From assembly GCF_006345805.1 (NCBI RefSeq), contig NC_043019.1, positions 22,071,360-22,135,359 on the forward strand: a stretch of DNA of 64,000 nucleotides. The letters run 5' to 3'. A program made the position numbers and the translations under genes. The notes beneath the pieces are model-generated. The model did no database searches and was not told where the DNA came from. It worked only from the letters and a program-made list of their open reading frames with translations. Origin of the DNA: Octopus sinensis (lineage: Eukaryota). Positions within the stretch are counted from its first letter, which is position 1; every line of letters begins with the position of its first letter. This document shows positions 24,701-36,546 of this stretch, piece after piece.

Positions 24701-26533
24701 TGATTGAGTATTTGAACCTTTTCTCATTTATACTGAATCAAAACAAGACAAGATCTCTTGGCTTAATGTAAGATCTTCCTCAATTATAAACTTGGTACCA
24801 GCAAAAGAAAGAAAGTTTGCTATAGCTTACCAGCAATCACTTGATTTTATTTGAATCTATTTGAGTCCTCTCTTGTTATCTACTTCCTCTAAGATAAAAT
24901 TTGAAATAAAAATGAAAGCACGCCTGGCTTTTTTCAAAGTGTCTCTTGTTCATAAACTTGTCATGTGTAAATGAAACATTTGCTGAGAGCCAGGTTAAAT
25001 CCACAGAATGTTAGTCTTCTGGAATTGCCTCCTTCCAAGTTTTCCTGCAGCTGTCGATATGCAAGTGTGCAAGAGGGACATTAACTGTATCAGTATTTAT
25101 AGGTCTCGCTTAAGGCAGCAAACTGGCAGAATTCTTTTGCATTGCTGGGCAAAATGCTTAGCAGCATCTCATCTGTCTTTACATCCTGAGTTCAAATTCT
25201 GCCAAGGTTCACTTTGCCTTTCATCCTTTTGAGGTCAGTAAAATAAATACCAGTTATATAATAGGCGCAGGAGTGGCTGTGTGGTAAGTAGCTTGCTAAC
25301 CAACCACATGGTTCCGGGTTCAGTCCCACTGCGTGGCATCTTGGGCAAGTGTCTTCTGCTATAGCCCCGGGCCGACCAATGCCTTGTGAGTGGATTTGGT
25401 AGACGGAAACTGAAAGAAGCCTGTCATATATATGTATATATATGTGTATGTGTGTGTGTGTCTGTGTTTGTCCCCCTAGCATTGCTTGACAACTGATGCT
25501 GGTGTGTTTACATCCCCGTCACTTAGCGGTTTGGCAAAAGAGACCGATAGAATAAGTACTGGGCTTACAAAGAATAAGTCCCGGGGTTGATTTGCTTGAC
25601 TAAAGGCGGTGCTCCAGTATGGCCGCAGTCAAATGACTGAAACAAGTAAAAGAGTAATCACTGAGGTCAGTGTAATCAACTTAGCCCCTTCCACGAAATT
25701 GCTGGCCTTGTGCCAGTATTTGAAACAATATTAAAAGTTTCACAGGGCCTGCAAGACACTAAGCATAGCAATATTCTTCAGACCAATACAATAGAAATAG
25801 AAAATAAAATAAAGAAAAACTGTTCTTTGGTAATAGGGATATAGACACAGGCATGGCTGTAATCTTGTATTTTATTTATTAAGAATTTCACTGCCAGCCC
25901 CGTCTGGCCTCCGTGCCAGTGGCACGTAAAAAGCACCATCCAATCGTGGTCGTTGTCAGCCTCGTCTGGCACGTAAAAAGCACCCACTACACTCATGGAG
26001 TGGTTGGTGTTAGGAAGGACATCCAGCTGTAGAAACACTGCCAGATCAGACTGGGCCTGGTGCAGCCTTCTGGCTTCCCAGGCCCCAGTTGAACCTATTT
26101 CTTTATTACCCACAAGGGGTTAAACACAGAGGGGACAAACAAGGACAGACATAGGTATTAAGTCGATTACATCGACCCCAGTGCGTAACTGGTACTTTAT
26201 TTATCGACCCAGATAGGATGAAAGGCAAAGTCGACCTCGGCGGAATTTGAACTCACAACGTAACGCAGACGAAATACCGCTAAGCATTTCGCCCGGCGTG
26301 CTAACGTTTCTGCCAGCTTGCCGCCTTTTGAACCGTCCCCAGTTGAACCGTCCAACCCATGCTAGCATGGAAAGCGAACTTTAAACGATGATGATGATGA
26401 TGTATTTTATTTATTTATTTTTTAGGTTGTGAAACCAGCTGATGGATCTGACTATGTCATTGACTATTATGGAGCTGTTTTGACCAGACTATCAATGGAT
26501 AATGAGACTTATATCAAACCACCAAATTACTAA
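12317..26533 (+). CDS. TM2D1: TM2 domain-containing protein 1 (beta-amyloid binding protein-like), 6 coding exons, 225 aa from the first ATG
   Basis: Exons 12317-12549, 20167-20246, 21424-21514, 23892-23983, 24482-24555 and 26426-26533 join in frame (678 nt including the stop). The product has a signal-peptide-like N-terminus, CSNLLLGQYVCDEPIIDSKTQ, the TM2 signature ALLLSIFLGMFGVDRFYLGYPAIGLLKFSTLGFMFLGQLIDILLIATQ, and the TM2D1-type tail VVKPADGSDYVIDYYGAVLTRLSMDNETY. A second in-frame ATG lies at 12362. Confidence 0.95.
12786..12943. mobile_element. Palindromic MITE, TTAA|GGG...CCC|TTAA (Kolobok-like)
   Basis: Near-perfect 79 bp arms (12778-12856 / 12873-12951); TTAA on both sides with purine termini. 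Superfamily assignment is inference. Confidence 0.7.
13881..14191. mobile_element. MITE-like element with perfect 37 bp TIRs
   Basis: AGGGTACTACTTGAGAACAGTGGTCCCGGTGCGCGCA at 13881-13917 and its reverse complement at 14155-14191; internal subrepeats. Confidence 0.75.
14721..15310 (+). repeat. Tandem repeat, ~163 bp unit, ~3.5 copies
   Basis: Unit GGACTTTCGGAAAATTCACAAGATCCGAG... starts at 14721, 14884, 15048 and 15211. Confidence 0.9.
15438..15994. mobile_element. Foldback/MITE element with ~220 bp imperfect TIRs
   Basis: GCGCACATGGCGGAGACGTAACC... at the left and ...GGTTACGTCTCTGCCATGTGCGC at the right; the arms remain complementary inward. Confidence 0.75.
19192..19412. mobile_element. 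piggyBac-like MITE
   Basis: TTAA|CCCTT...AAGGG|TTAA termini. Confidence 0.75.
20167..20246 (+). CDS. TM2D1: TM2D1 exon 2 (YVCDEPIIDSKTQQAKNCDQDTRTVV)
   Basis: Preceded by U12 branch site TTCCTTAAC (20148-20156); followed by GTAAG donor at 20247. Confidence 0.92.
20290..20660 (-). mobile_element. Decayed LINE endonuclease (APE) fragment
   Basis: Minus-strand translation ...AYTNCGDFINLG... resembles the APE GDFN motif; heavily degraded. Confidence 0.35.
21424..21514 (+). CDS. TM2D1: TM2D1 exon 3 (TCRTAPNITCRGESKNESQKFTRHLPCKW)
   Basis: ttttgcag acceptor, GTAAGT donor, phase 1 to 2, Cys pattern of the TM2D1 ectodomain. Confidence 0.93.
23892..23983 (+). CDS. TM2D1: TM2D1 exon 4 (NGHSFETALLLSIFLGMFGVDRFYLGYPAI)
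   Basis: cttgcag acceptor, GTAAG donor; TM2 domain first helix and the DRFYLG motif. Confidence 0.96.
24482..24555 (+). CDS. TM2D1: TM2D1 exon 5 (GLLKFSTLGFMFLGQLIDILLIATQ)
   Basis: tttttag acceptor, GT donor at 24556; TM2 second helix. Confidence 0.95.
25261..25655 (+). mobile_element. tRNA-derived SINE, family A, full length (TM2D1 intron 5)
   Basis: Head GGCGCAGGAGTGGCTGTGTGG...GGTTCAGTCCC, tail GACTGAAACAAGTAAAAGAG; paralogues at 41492-41891 (-), 56088-56478 (-), 57578-57965 (-) and 59353-59739 (+). Confidence 0.9.
26096..26325 (-). mobile_element. SINE family B nested inside an RTE 3'UTR copy (25900-26402)
   Basis: The host repeat breaks at CCCCAGTTGAACC and resumes after the SINE. 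Confidence 0.8.
26426..26533 (+). CDS. TM2D1: TM2D1 exon 6 (VVKPADGSDYVIDYYG...KPPNY*)
   Basis: ttttag acceptor, 35 codons plus TAA at 26531-26533. Confidence 0.95.
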   Translation, partial: VVKPADGSDYVIDYYGAVLTRLSMDNETYIKPPNY

Positions 26534-27129
26534 TGAACATTAACGACCTCAACTTTCCTTGATCTCTTCATTGACAGTGTTGAGAAAGCATTATCCACTG
26601 TTGCGTTTTGACACTTATGCTATCATACATGATGATGTGATGTTACTTGTATAAAGGTGCAGATAGAACCACGAGGTTCAGAAGCTTGCTTTGCTATGTG
26701 ATTCCGGGTTCAGTTCCACTGCATAGCACCTTGGGCAAATGTCTTTTACAGGTCTCGCTTAAGGCAGCAAACTGGCAGAATTGTTTGCATGCTGGGCAAA
26801 ATGCTTAGCAGCATCTCATCTGTCTTTACATCCTGAGTTCAAATTCTGCCAAGGTGGACTTTGCCTTTTATCCTTTTAAGATCAGTAAAATAAATACCAG
26901 TTAATCACTGAGGTCAGTGTAATCAACTTAGCCCCTTCCACGAAATTGCTGGCCTTGTGCCAGTATTTGAAACAAATATTAAAGGTTTTACAGGGCCTGC
27001 AAGACACTAAGCATAGCAATTTTCTTCAGACCAATACTTTGGGCTGAGCAATACTTTTTGAGTATTATTTGGTAACCAGGAACTATGCTAAAGACCATCA
27101 ATAAATTAATTTTTGTTTCCAATACATAG

Positions 27130-27600
27130 AAGAGATTATAGCACAGTAAAGTCCCATAAGCAGAATAATCTACCTCTGACCCTTAATCTCCCATCTTCCA
27201 AATCAACACCCCAGTTTACAGGATTACTAAACAACTAGATAAAATTATAAAGATATATACACCAGATAGATATGTTATACACTCATTGGATAGGTTCATA
27301 GAAATTTTACAACTGACTAAACAGTTATTTCTACTATGAATGTAGAAATTCTCTTTACTAATGTTTCTATATTGGGAACCGTAGGCATAACATTAGACCA
27401 GGTGTATACACACCCCTACAATAAAAGTACCCAATATGCCATGAAACTTCATTAGAAAGTTCCTGTTGGCTTGCACAACTAAGGTTCTCTTCCATTGCCT
27501 GCAAGGCAATTCATAAATCCAAGAGAATGGAGTGGCCATGGATTTTGAACTTGGGGCCACATTTGTAGCCTTTTATGTGACTAGTGTTGAAAACAAGGTT
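27130..27600 (+). mobile_element. Penelope-like reverse transcriptase remnant
   Basis: Frameshifted translation gives QINTPVYRITKQLDKII, NVEILFTNVSI and NGVAMDFELGATFVAFYV, matching the Penelope SLFTNVP and GVAMGSPLGP motifs. Confidence 0.7.
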
Positions 27601-28058
27601 ATTCCCATACATAAAGCCAAAACCATAGCTGTTACTAGCAAGCGGGTGTGACTTGATAGTATGTATCATGCTTTCACTAATGGTTTAGATACTTATATTG
27701 TCATGATCAAATGGAGATACCTCCCTGCGACCTGGTCCAGAGGAACATCCAGGGTTGACAGCTGGCAGGAGAAAGAGCTGCACCAGTGCTAAGCTGGTAT
27801 TTGTTTCCGGCTGAGTAAACTGGTGCACTGTAAAATGAAGCACTCTGCTCAAGCAAACAACAATATGCCACTCTGTGAAGAAATCGAACCCACAACTTTA
27901 TGATAGGGGTCCCAGTACCCTAACCATTTGGCTGTGCATTTTACATTCCTAAACATAACCACATCATATATATACTTGTACATTGACAAAATTGTGATGG
28001 TCACATAAAAACCATCACATTTATGGTGATGGTCACTTAAAAACAGGCAGCTATTTAA

Positions 28059-28272
28059 CCCTTTCGTTACCAACCCGGCTGAAACCGGCTCTGGCTCTGA
28101 GTACAAATGTTTTGTTTTCATAAGGTTTGAATTAAAGTCTTCCTTCAAACTTTAGTCACAATTTATGTTCCTAACATTAGCTGAATGATAACCAAATAAT
28201 TTTACTAAATTCTTTGTTAAAGTAATTGAAAGAAACACAGAGCATCTCAAAAGAAATACAGTAACGAAAGGG
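28059..28272. mobile_element. piggyBac-like MITE
   Basis: TTAA|CCCTTTCGTTAC ... GTAACGAAAGGG|TTAA; perfect 12 bp TIR and TTAA TSD. Confidence 0.85.
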
Positions 28273-31245
28273 TTAAAAAAAAAATGGGGAAAAAAAACCA
28301 ATTCCATTTTACAATTCAATGTAGTTCTAGCAGAAATTCAGACCACATATTCTTAGATAAAAATGTAGAAACAGAGAAGAATCTTCTATCACACCTTCAC
28401 TTACATGCAGGAAACAAACATACTCTTAATGCACAGAGTTAGTGTGTCCACTGAGATTAAAAATTTCTATAGTAAAATCACTTCTAAAATGCTTCCTTAA
28501 ATTTCCATTCATAAAAGAAGTTTTAAATAAGGAAAATCATTAACCCTCTTGTTTTTATATTCCTGTTGATATACATTGCCTTTGTTTCAATTCATTTTGA
28601 AAATAATAAAGAATTTAGTAAAATAACTGTCGTTATTAAGCTGGATTAAGGTGGCGAGCTGGCAGAATCGTTAGCATACTGGGTAAAAATGCTTAACAGC
28701 ATTTCAGCTGTCTCTATGTTCTAGGTTCAAATACCACCAAGGTCAACTTTGCCTTTCTTCCTTTTGGGTTGATGAAATAAGTACCAGTTGAGCACTGGGG
28801 GGTCGATGTAATCAACTTACCTCCTCTCTTGAACTTGCTGGCCTTGTGCCAAAATTCAAAATGATTATTAAACTGGAGTTTGAAACAAAAATTGATATAA
28901 AATTTTATTAGATGGTTTTAATGCAGATCAATTTAAAATATGAAGTTTGTTTCATGGGTCCAGGGTTGATCCCAGGCAAGTTGATATAAAGGGTTACACA
29001 GTTTAAACTTCAGTTAATAACTAATTCTCTAACACATCAGACCAAGCTATAGAACTGTACAAGAACAAATTCAACATTTAATCAGCATGTATATAATATG
29101 GTATATGAATCAAATGCAGCGTAATTATACAACAGATGGATGTGTCAAATAAAACAAAAAAACTCATAAAACAATACATATGTCACACTTAACCACAAAC
29201 TAATAATTAGAACAGATTACAAAAACAGCAAAAATGAAAACAACCATCTCATCACAATGAAACTAGAACACCTGTAAGTCATAACATACTTGACACAACC
29301 AACATAAATGTAAAAATTTTGATGTAGAACATGAAGTTGTAAACTTCGTAACTCATACAAGTACAATACTTTCTCATTCATTGACTGTGCTTTTAGAAGG
29401 AACCATTAGGGCTTCTGTCTGTCATAGTCAACTATCTATCTGTACTTATATGCACACTGGCTTGGGCAAATTTAAAAAAAAAAAATTTCTTTCTTTTTCC
29501 TTGCTACTCTTATTACTCAAGGGAAAAAGCTTAAAGGCTGAAACTGCTTGACATTAATGTTATGGCAAGCTTTGTCATCAAAATGCAAAGAGCCAACACA
29601 GATATCAAGGCAGCTCATCTAATACTGTAACAGTATTGTTACTTTTTTTATTGATCCTGAAAGGCTGAAATGCAAGAGTTGGCATTTGAATCCAGTAGGA
29701 TATTAAAATACTATAAGGCCGTCTGTCCAATATTTTAATGACTGTCAACTTGCCAACATTACAACACATTAGAATATGGAACACGGAATAAAACTATGAA
29801 GAAATATTTATTAATTGCTGGCACTACCGTATTTAGAATTAGAATTTCTTAAAAAAATGACAATATAAACTTTGGAAGATTTATTAATAGCAAGATACAA
29901 ACAAAATATTAACTCAGAGCACATGTGAAATGAGTTGATCCAGGATTAAGAAGTTCTGATAGTGGCCTTCTCAACCTTGTGATTTCTGGTTCAGAACCAC
30001 TGCACTTCAGGCAAGTGTCTTCTATATCTCCAGGCTGACCAAAGCATTGTGAGTGAATTTGGTAGGCAGGAACTGAAAGAAGACTGTCATCTGTATATAT
30101 ATATATATATATATATATTTGTTTTTATATTCAGTTATAATAAAAACAATTATACATTAATATGATGGGTTACTCTATACTTTTGTAGAGTACATCATTC
30201 TTATACAAGAATGTTGATGGTGATTGGTTAATCTCGATCAGTTAAGCCATCATCCAATGAAAGTTCAAAGTCTCTACAGCATTCTTGTGTAAGAATAATA
30301 AATATATATATATGAGTGAGTGGACAAATGAAAGAAAAATGCATTTAACACATTTAGTAGGAATTACATGTATTATTTAAAGCAGTTTGATCTGGATCCA
30401 TACAGCTCAAAGTTTTGAAGTCCTCTAACAGAAGCCCATCTCTTTCTGGCTTAGATTACTGAATCTAAGCCTGAAAGAGATGGGCTTCTGTTAGGAGCCC
30501 ACAGGACTGTGAGTTGCATGGAACCAAATCAAACTGCTTTAAATAGTGTGTATGATTTGTGTTTGTGCCTAAATTTTTGTGACCTCACATGGTAGTTGTA
30601 AGCAAGCGTCACCACTGTACAGGTGATATCTTTCATTTACAATCTTCTGTGAAAACGTTCAAGCATGGGGAAATATTCTTTGGAAGCAAATGAGAGGGTT
30701 GGTAACAAGAAAGGCATCCAACCATAGAAACTTTGCCCCAGTGGAGTCTGTTTGACCCATGTAAGCTTGGAAAAGTGGACATTAAAATGACGATGTGATG
30801 GTAACATATACAGGCAAACATCATTAGAGTAACAGATACATCTTGTAGTATTTCTTTCTATTCTGGGTTCAAGTCCTGCTGATGTCAATTTCCCTTTCAT
30901 CCCTTCAGGGTAATTTTTTTTCTCTCTGGGAAGGAAAAAATATCACTTATGATCAGACCTGGAGAGGGATGGGTTCTGCCAGGTATAATAAAATTGTCCA
31001 AGATACACCTTATATCATGATTTCACTGCTCCAACTCCATCAGGAATTGAGAACAAAGCATATTTGTATGTATTGCTATATATGTATATATCCATGTTTC
31101 TCTCATCCTTTTTTGTCAAAGAGCATAGACTTGAAACATCAATGATTTTTTCCATTTTTCCTGAGTGTCAAACTAATACACCTGCTTGTTCCCTCACCTG
31201 TCTCTCTTTTTATTTTCTATTCATTTGAACCATATGTGTGCATGC

Positions 31246-31280
<35 letters not shown>

Positions 31281-31607
31281 ATATATATGTGTGTGATGAC
31301 AAACCCACTGTTGTGGACTAGCTTTATTTATTTGGCTGCTGTCATTTTTTTTTCCCTTTCTTATATTCTATCTTGATAACCTATCATTTTTCACCTTTCA
31401 TCATCATCATTTTTATTTTGCTGTTTTACTTTCTTTTTTTCTTTTTTTATATTTAAGTTTTCACTAACAGATGGAACTTCACCCAGAAATTATATTTATA
31501 TTGTGTAAATCAATCAAATAAATAAGTTTATTCTTTTAATCTCCAGTATATGTTTTTTCTCTGTTAACCCTTTTGTTACTATGTTTCTGATGATACACTT
31601 ATATGGT

Positions 31608-32437
31608 CACAGGACATCACAGAATGTAAACAACATGAAATATGAAATATGCAAACATGGAATACAAACTTTTTTTGTGAACAACGAAAGAAACAAATGG
31701 AAAACAAGACAAGCAACATAAAGAATGACCCTTCATCAGTTGTCAGCTGTTTTTCTACTCCCTATTTTGAGCAATTCACGACAAGACATGCCTTCGACAA
31801 AACAGTTGCTCCCACAAAGCAAATTAAATAAAATTTGGGATTTTACGAAGAGTCGAAGTTGGTAACAAAAACAGGACAGTGAAAACAAACAGGAAGGGCT
31901 GCTAAGCCTGAACAAAGTGAGTTGGCAAACGCTTGAGGAACAAGCTCTGACAGGAGACAGACAAAAATGCACCTGATCACTGTGGCTGATTGGAAGGAAA
32001 GAAAGACGGCCAGTAGTCATGTGCAAGCAACAAGAGAGCAAGTGAGGGAGAGAGAGAGAGAGACAGACAGAGAATGGCGAAGGAGGGAGGAAGAGAATTA
32101 GAGAAAGGATGAGAGAGAAAAAAACGGAAGGGGGAGATAAAAAGAATTAGAGAGAAGAAACGAAAGGGGAGTGGGAAAGAGAAAGGGATAGAAATAGAAT
32201 AAGGGTCGCATCGAAATTATTAAGGTAAAATTTACTTGGATGTGATGCATGGTGTTCAATCATATAATATAAATAATATATATGCATATATACATATATG
32301 TACATACTTACATATACATGTATATACATATGCATATATGGGCACAGGATGTCACAGAACGTAAACAACATGAACTATGAAATAAGAAAACATGGAATAT
32401 GAACTTTTTGTGAGCAACGAAAGAAACAAATGGAAAA
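31608..32437. mobile_element. Penelope-like remnant with ~95 bp direct repeats
   Basis: CACAGGAC/TATCACAGAA...GAAACAAATGGAAAAC at 31608-31704 and 32343-32437; CTGATGAAGG motif on the minus strand. Class is inferred. Confidence 0.4.
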
Positions 32438-32849
32438 CTATTTATATGATTGAACGCCACGCATCCATTTCCAAGTAAGTTTTGGGCACCATTCGAGGGT
32501 GATCGTTACCAGTGTCGCCTTACTGGCACCTGTGCTGGTGGCATGTGTAAAAGGATTCGAGGTTGTTGCCAGTACTGCCTGACTGGCCTCTGTGCCGGTG
32601 GCACGTAAAAGGCACCCACTACACTCGGAGTGGTTGGTGTTAGGAAGGGCATCCAACTGTAGAAACTCTGCCAAATCAAGATTGGAGCCTGGTGCAGCCA
32701 TCTGGTTCACCAGCCCTCAGTCAAAATCATCCAACCCATGGAAAGTGGACGTTAAACGATGATGATGATGATGATATATTTATATATATATATATATATA
32801 TGCGTGAATTTTACAGTATTATTTTATTCACTTAGTTTACATGTTTACA

Positions 32850-33790
32850 CTTTTATTGCCTTCAAAGCAATGCATTGGTCCAGATGCATTTTCCACTGTT
32901 TAAAGCAGTCCTGAAACTCTAGTGAAGTGATGCCTTTTAATGCCTCCATCATTTTTTTATTCACCTTTTTTACATCTGCAAAACATTTTCCTTCAGGGTA
33001 ACAAAAAAAAAGTAGCCGCGAGCAAGATCAATTTCCAACTGTTCTTTCACTTCACAACACACGTTCAGTTGTGACTGCTTTGATCTTCCATGAGCAAATG
33101 AAGCACAAATTTTGCTGCAACACTTTTCATTCACAGTTCTTTGATCAAAATTCATTAGGAGGAGCTCGAGGACACACCAAGTCATATCAATACGAGTTCG
33201 TCAATTGTTTGGCAACAGTCCTCCAAGATCAGTTCATGAATTAGTTAAGTTAAGTTAAGTTAATTTTTTGGCTCAAAAAGCAAAAAGCAAGGCCATGTAG
33301 GGGGACATGGAGTTATGTACAGGGTGGTGTTCATGCAAAGAGTTCAGGCCATTTGTGGTCAAAGGAGACTTTGAACCGAGCGGTCGTCGGCATCTTCACT
33401 ATCTCGTCCAGCAGCTTATTCCACGGATCCGCAACCCGGATGGAGAAAGCCCCTCTTCTTCGATTGAGATGAAATCATCGCAGATAGAGCTTTATGATGA
33501 TTTCATTCATTCACGGGATCGATGGTCACCCTGAACGAGGTTGGTTTTTAAGAGATAAGTGACCATTCCGAAAGCATGAAAACCACTTGTAAACTTGTGT
33601 TTTGCTCATGGCAGCATCCTTGTAAGCTGCTTGAAGCATGATAACTGTTTTGGCCACCGTTTGCCCCAGCAGAAAGCAGAATTTCATGGAAGCGTGCTCT
33701 TCCTTCATTTCAGCCATTACAAAAATCGATGAACAAGGGAGAAGCACTGCAAAACAAAGACACACTACATGGCAGTACAACATCACTGGA
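32850..33790 (-). mobile_element. Degraded, internally deleted mariner transposase
   Basis: EEHASMKFCFLLGQTVAKTVIMLQAAYKDAAMSKTQVYKWFSCFRNGHLSLKNQPRSG..., then IHELILED...KSVAAKFV; mariner HTH region with stops. Confidence 0.85.
33243..33490 (-). mobile_element. 5'-truncated CR1-type LINE 3' end nested in the mariner
   Basis: KLYLR*FHLNRRRGAFSIRVADPWNKLLDEIVKMPTTARFKVSFDHKWPELFA*, followed by a 3'UTR and (AACTT)n tail. Confidence 0.85.
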
Positions 33791-34412
33791 CAATGCCAGT
33801 TAGTAGACTGATGCCTGAGGGTTGCATCAAGTGAATTCTAGCAGTAGAAGTGTGAACAAGAACGAAAACGCAAAACATTCAGAAGACGATACAAAAAACA
33901 CAGATGAGTCATTCGAAGCCTTCAATCTTCAGTCAAGAACCAGATCATCCTCGCAATTTTGGCTGATTAGTCTTGAAATTGCTCCAATCTGGCCAGCCCC
34001 AAGGAATAACTAAGCTAAGTGCATTAGATTCCTTGGAAAAAAAGCTTCGAATGTATACGAAACAAGGATGGAAAAATGGACGATGTTACACAAATATGAA
34101 TGCAAAAATAATACGAAAAAACAATAATAATAATAACAATAACAGGACATCACAACAGGCGTCTTTTGACTTAGATGAATAAATATAAATGTGAACATAT
34201 AAATATATATATATATATATTTATATCTTCACATTTATATGTGTATGTGTGTGCGCGTTTATATATATATATAATACAAAAATAATACAAAAAAACAATA
34301 ATAATAATAACAATAACAGGACATCACAACAGGCGTCTTTCAACTTAGATGAATAAATATATATATATATATATTTATATTTTCACATTTATATGTGTAT
34401 GTGTGTGTATGC

Positions 34413-34451
<39 letters not shown>

Positions 34452-35364
34452 CAAGTGTGTGTATGGGAGATGAGGATAATGTGTATGCATGAGTGTGTGT
34501 GTGAAAGAGAAAGAGAGTGGTTGGTGAGACTGGCAGTGTGTTGTACAAGGTAGTGATGTTTGTTGCTGGGTGTCAATATGTTTGTATGTACATGTATACC
34601 TTTGTGCGACTGAGTATGCAGTATTAGTTGGATATGCGTGCAAGTGTGTATGTGTGTGTGTGTGTGTTTGTGTGTGCATGATGAGTTTCCACATAGTTTC
34701 CATCAATCAATTTTCCTTCACATAAAGACATCACTCAACAAGCACTTTATAATATTCAGACTTTCCTGAAACAGTAAACCATGACACATGATGAGATTTC
34801 GTCCATCACATCTATCCCAAGATCTGTCTCTCCTGAGAAGCCATCCAGCTCTAAACAATACTGAAGCAATCTTCCTCTCGTTCAGCCAAAATCACATTTA
34901 TAAATCTCTCTCTTCTCCATACTGAACTATTAAACTTGACAGAATGAAATTTCAAGTGATAGCCAAGACAGCAATACACGACTTCACCTTTATGCTTGAC
35001 ACTGCAACATACTCAATGAAGACTAAAAGCTATTAGAATCTTTAATTAATTGTAATTACACGTTGGCTGAGGAAGAAGAACTGAAACATTTTAACGAGCT
35101 AGGTTTAGATTACAGCTGCTTGATTGCTTGATGAATGACAACAAAAGCGAATTTTAAAATCCACAATAATAAGAAAACAATAATAACTATGAAACGGTAA
35201 TTGTAAACACAAAAAAAAAACAATAATTATAATAATGAAATCAGCATCATCATCATCTTCATTATCATTTGATGGGGATCATAATATATAAATATATGTC
35301 ATTGCTTTATGATATTTGTGTTCTAATTCATTATTATGTGTGTTTATACAATGAATATATCATC

Positions 35365-36300
35365 ATCATCATTATCGTTTAACGTCCGCTTTCCATGCTA
35401 GCATGGGTTGGATGGTTCAACTGGGGTCTGGGGAGCCCGAAGGCTGCACCAGGCCAGTCTGATCTGGCAGTGTTTCTACAGCTGGATGCCCTTCCTAACG
35501 CCAACCACTCCGAGAGTGTAGTGGGTGATTTTATGTGCCACCGACACAGGTGCCAGACGAGGCTGGCGAACGGCCACGCTCGGATGGTGTTTTTTATGTG
35601 CCACCGACACAAGTGCCAGACGAGGGTGGCAGACGGCCACGCTCGGATGGTGTTTTTTATGTGCCACCGACACAGGTGCCAGACGAGGTTGGCGAACGGC
35701 CACGATCGGATGGTGTTTTTTATGTGCCACAGACACAAGTGCCAGAGGAGGGTGGCAGACGGCCACGCTCGGATGGTGTTTTTTATGTGCCACCGACACA
35801 GGTGCCAGACGAGGCTGGCGAACGGCCACGCTCGGATGGTGTTTTTTATGTGCCACCGACACAGGTGCCAGACGAGGGTGGCAGACGGCCACGATCGGAT
35901 GGTGTTTTTTATGTGCCACCGACACAGGTGCCAGACGAGGCTGGCGAACGGCCACGCTCGGATGGTGTTTTTTATGTGCCACCGACACAGGTGCCAGACG
36001 AGGTTGGCGAACGGCCACGCTCGGATGGTGTTTTTTATGTGCCACCGACACAAGTGCCAGACGAGGGTGGCAGACGGCCACGCTCGGATGGTGTTTTTTA
36101 TGTGCCACCGACACAAGTGCCAGACGAGGGTGGCAGACGGCCACGCTCGGATGGTGTTTTTTATGTGCCACCGACACAGGTGCCAGACGAGGTTGGCGAA
36201 TGGCCACGATCGGATGGTGTTTGTTACGTGCCCACAGCACGGAGGCCAGTCGATGCGGTACTGGCTACGGCCATGTTCGGATGGTTTTCTTAAGTTCCAC
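35365..36300 (-). mobile_element. RTE-type LINE 3'UTR copy with an expanded 63 bp tandem array
   Basis: Matches 43700-43985; (ATC)n tail at the left end; 11 units at 35533-36225. Confidence 0.85.
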
Positions 36301-36546
36301 TGGCACTGGTACCACAAAGATACAAATTCCATTGATGTTCATCTATTTTGATTTGGTTTTTATATATATATATATACAAATTGAGATAGGGGTTGTAAGT
36401 GCAACCCTCCATGGGATAACATATATCCAATATACTGCTAGTGAAGTACCCAACAAAGTAATACATAAATGTTAAGAACTGCGATGCAGTTAATTCATTT
36501 ACTGTATTATATGGGCAAAGGTAAAATGTTTTACCACAAATTAATA

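Noticed and set aside
35379-36475. Five overlapping 250-318 aa ORFs; CRISPR-like look
   Set aside because: They come from a stop-poor 63 bp tandem unit in a LINE 3'UTR; there are no unique spacers, cas genes or splice context.
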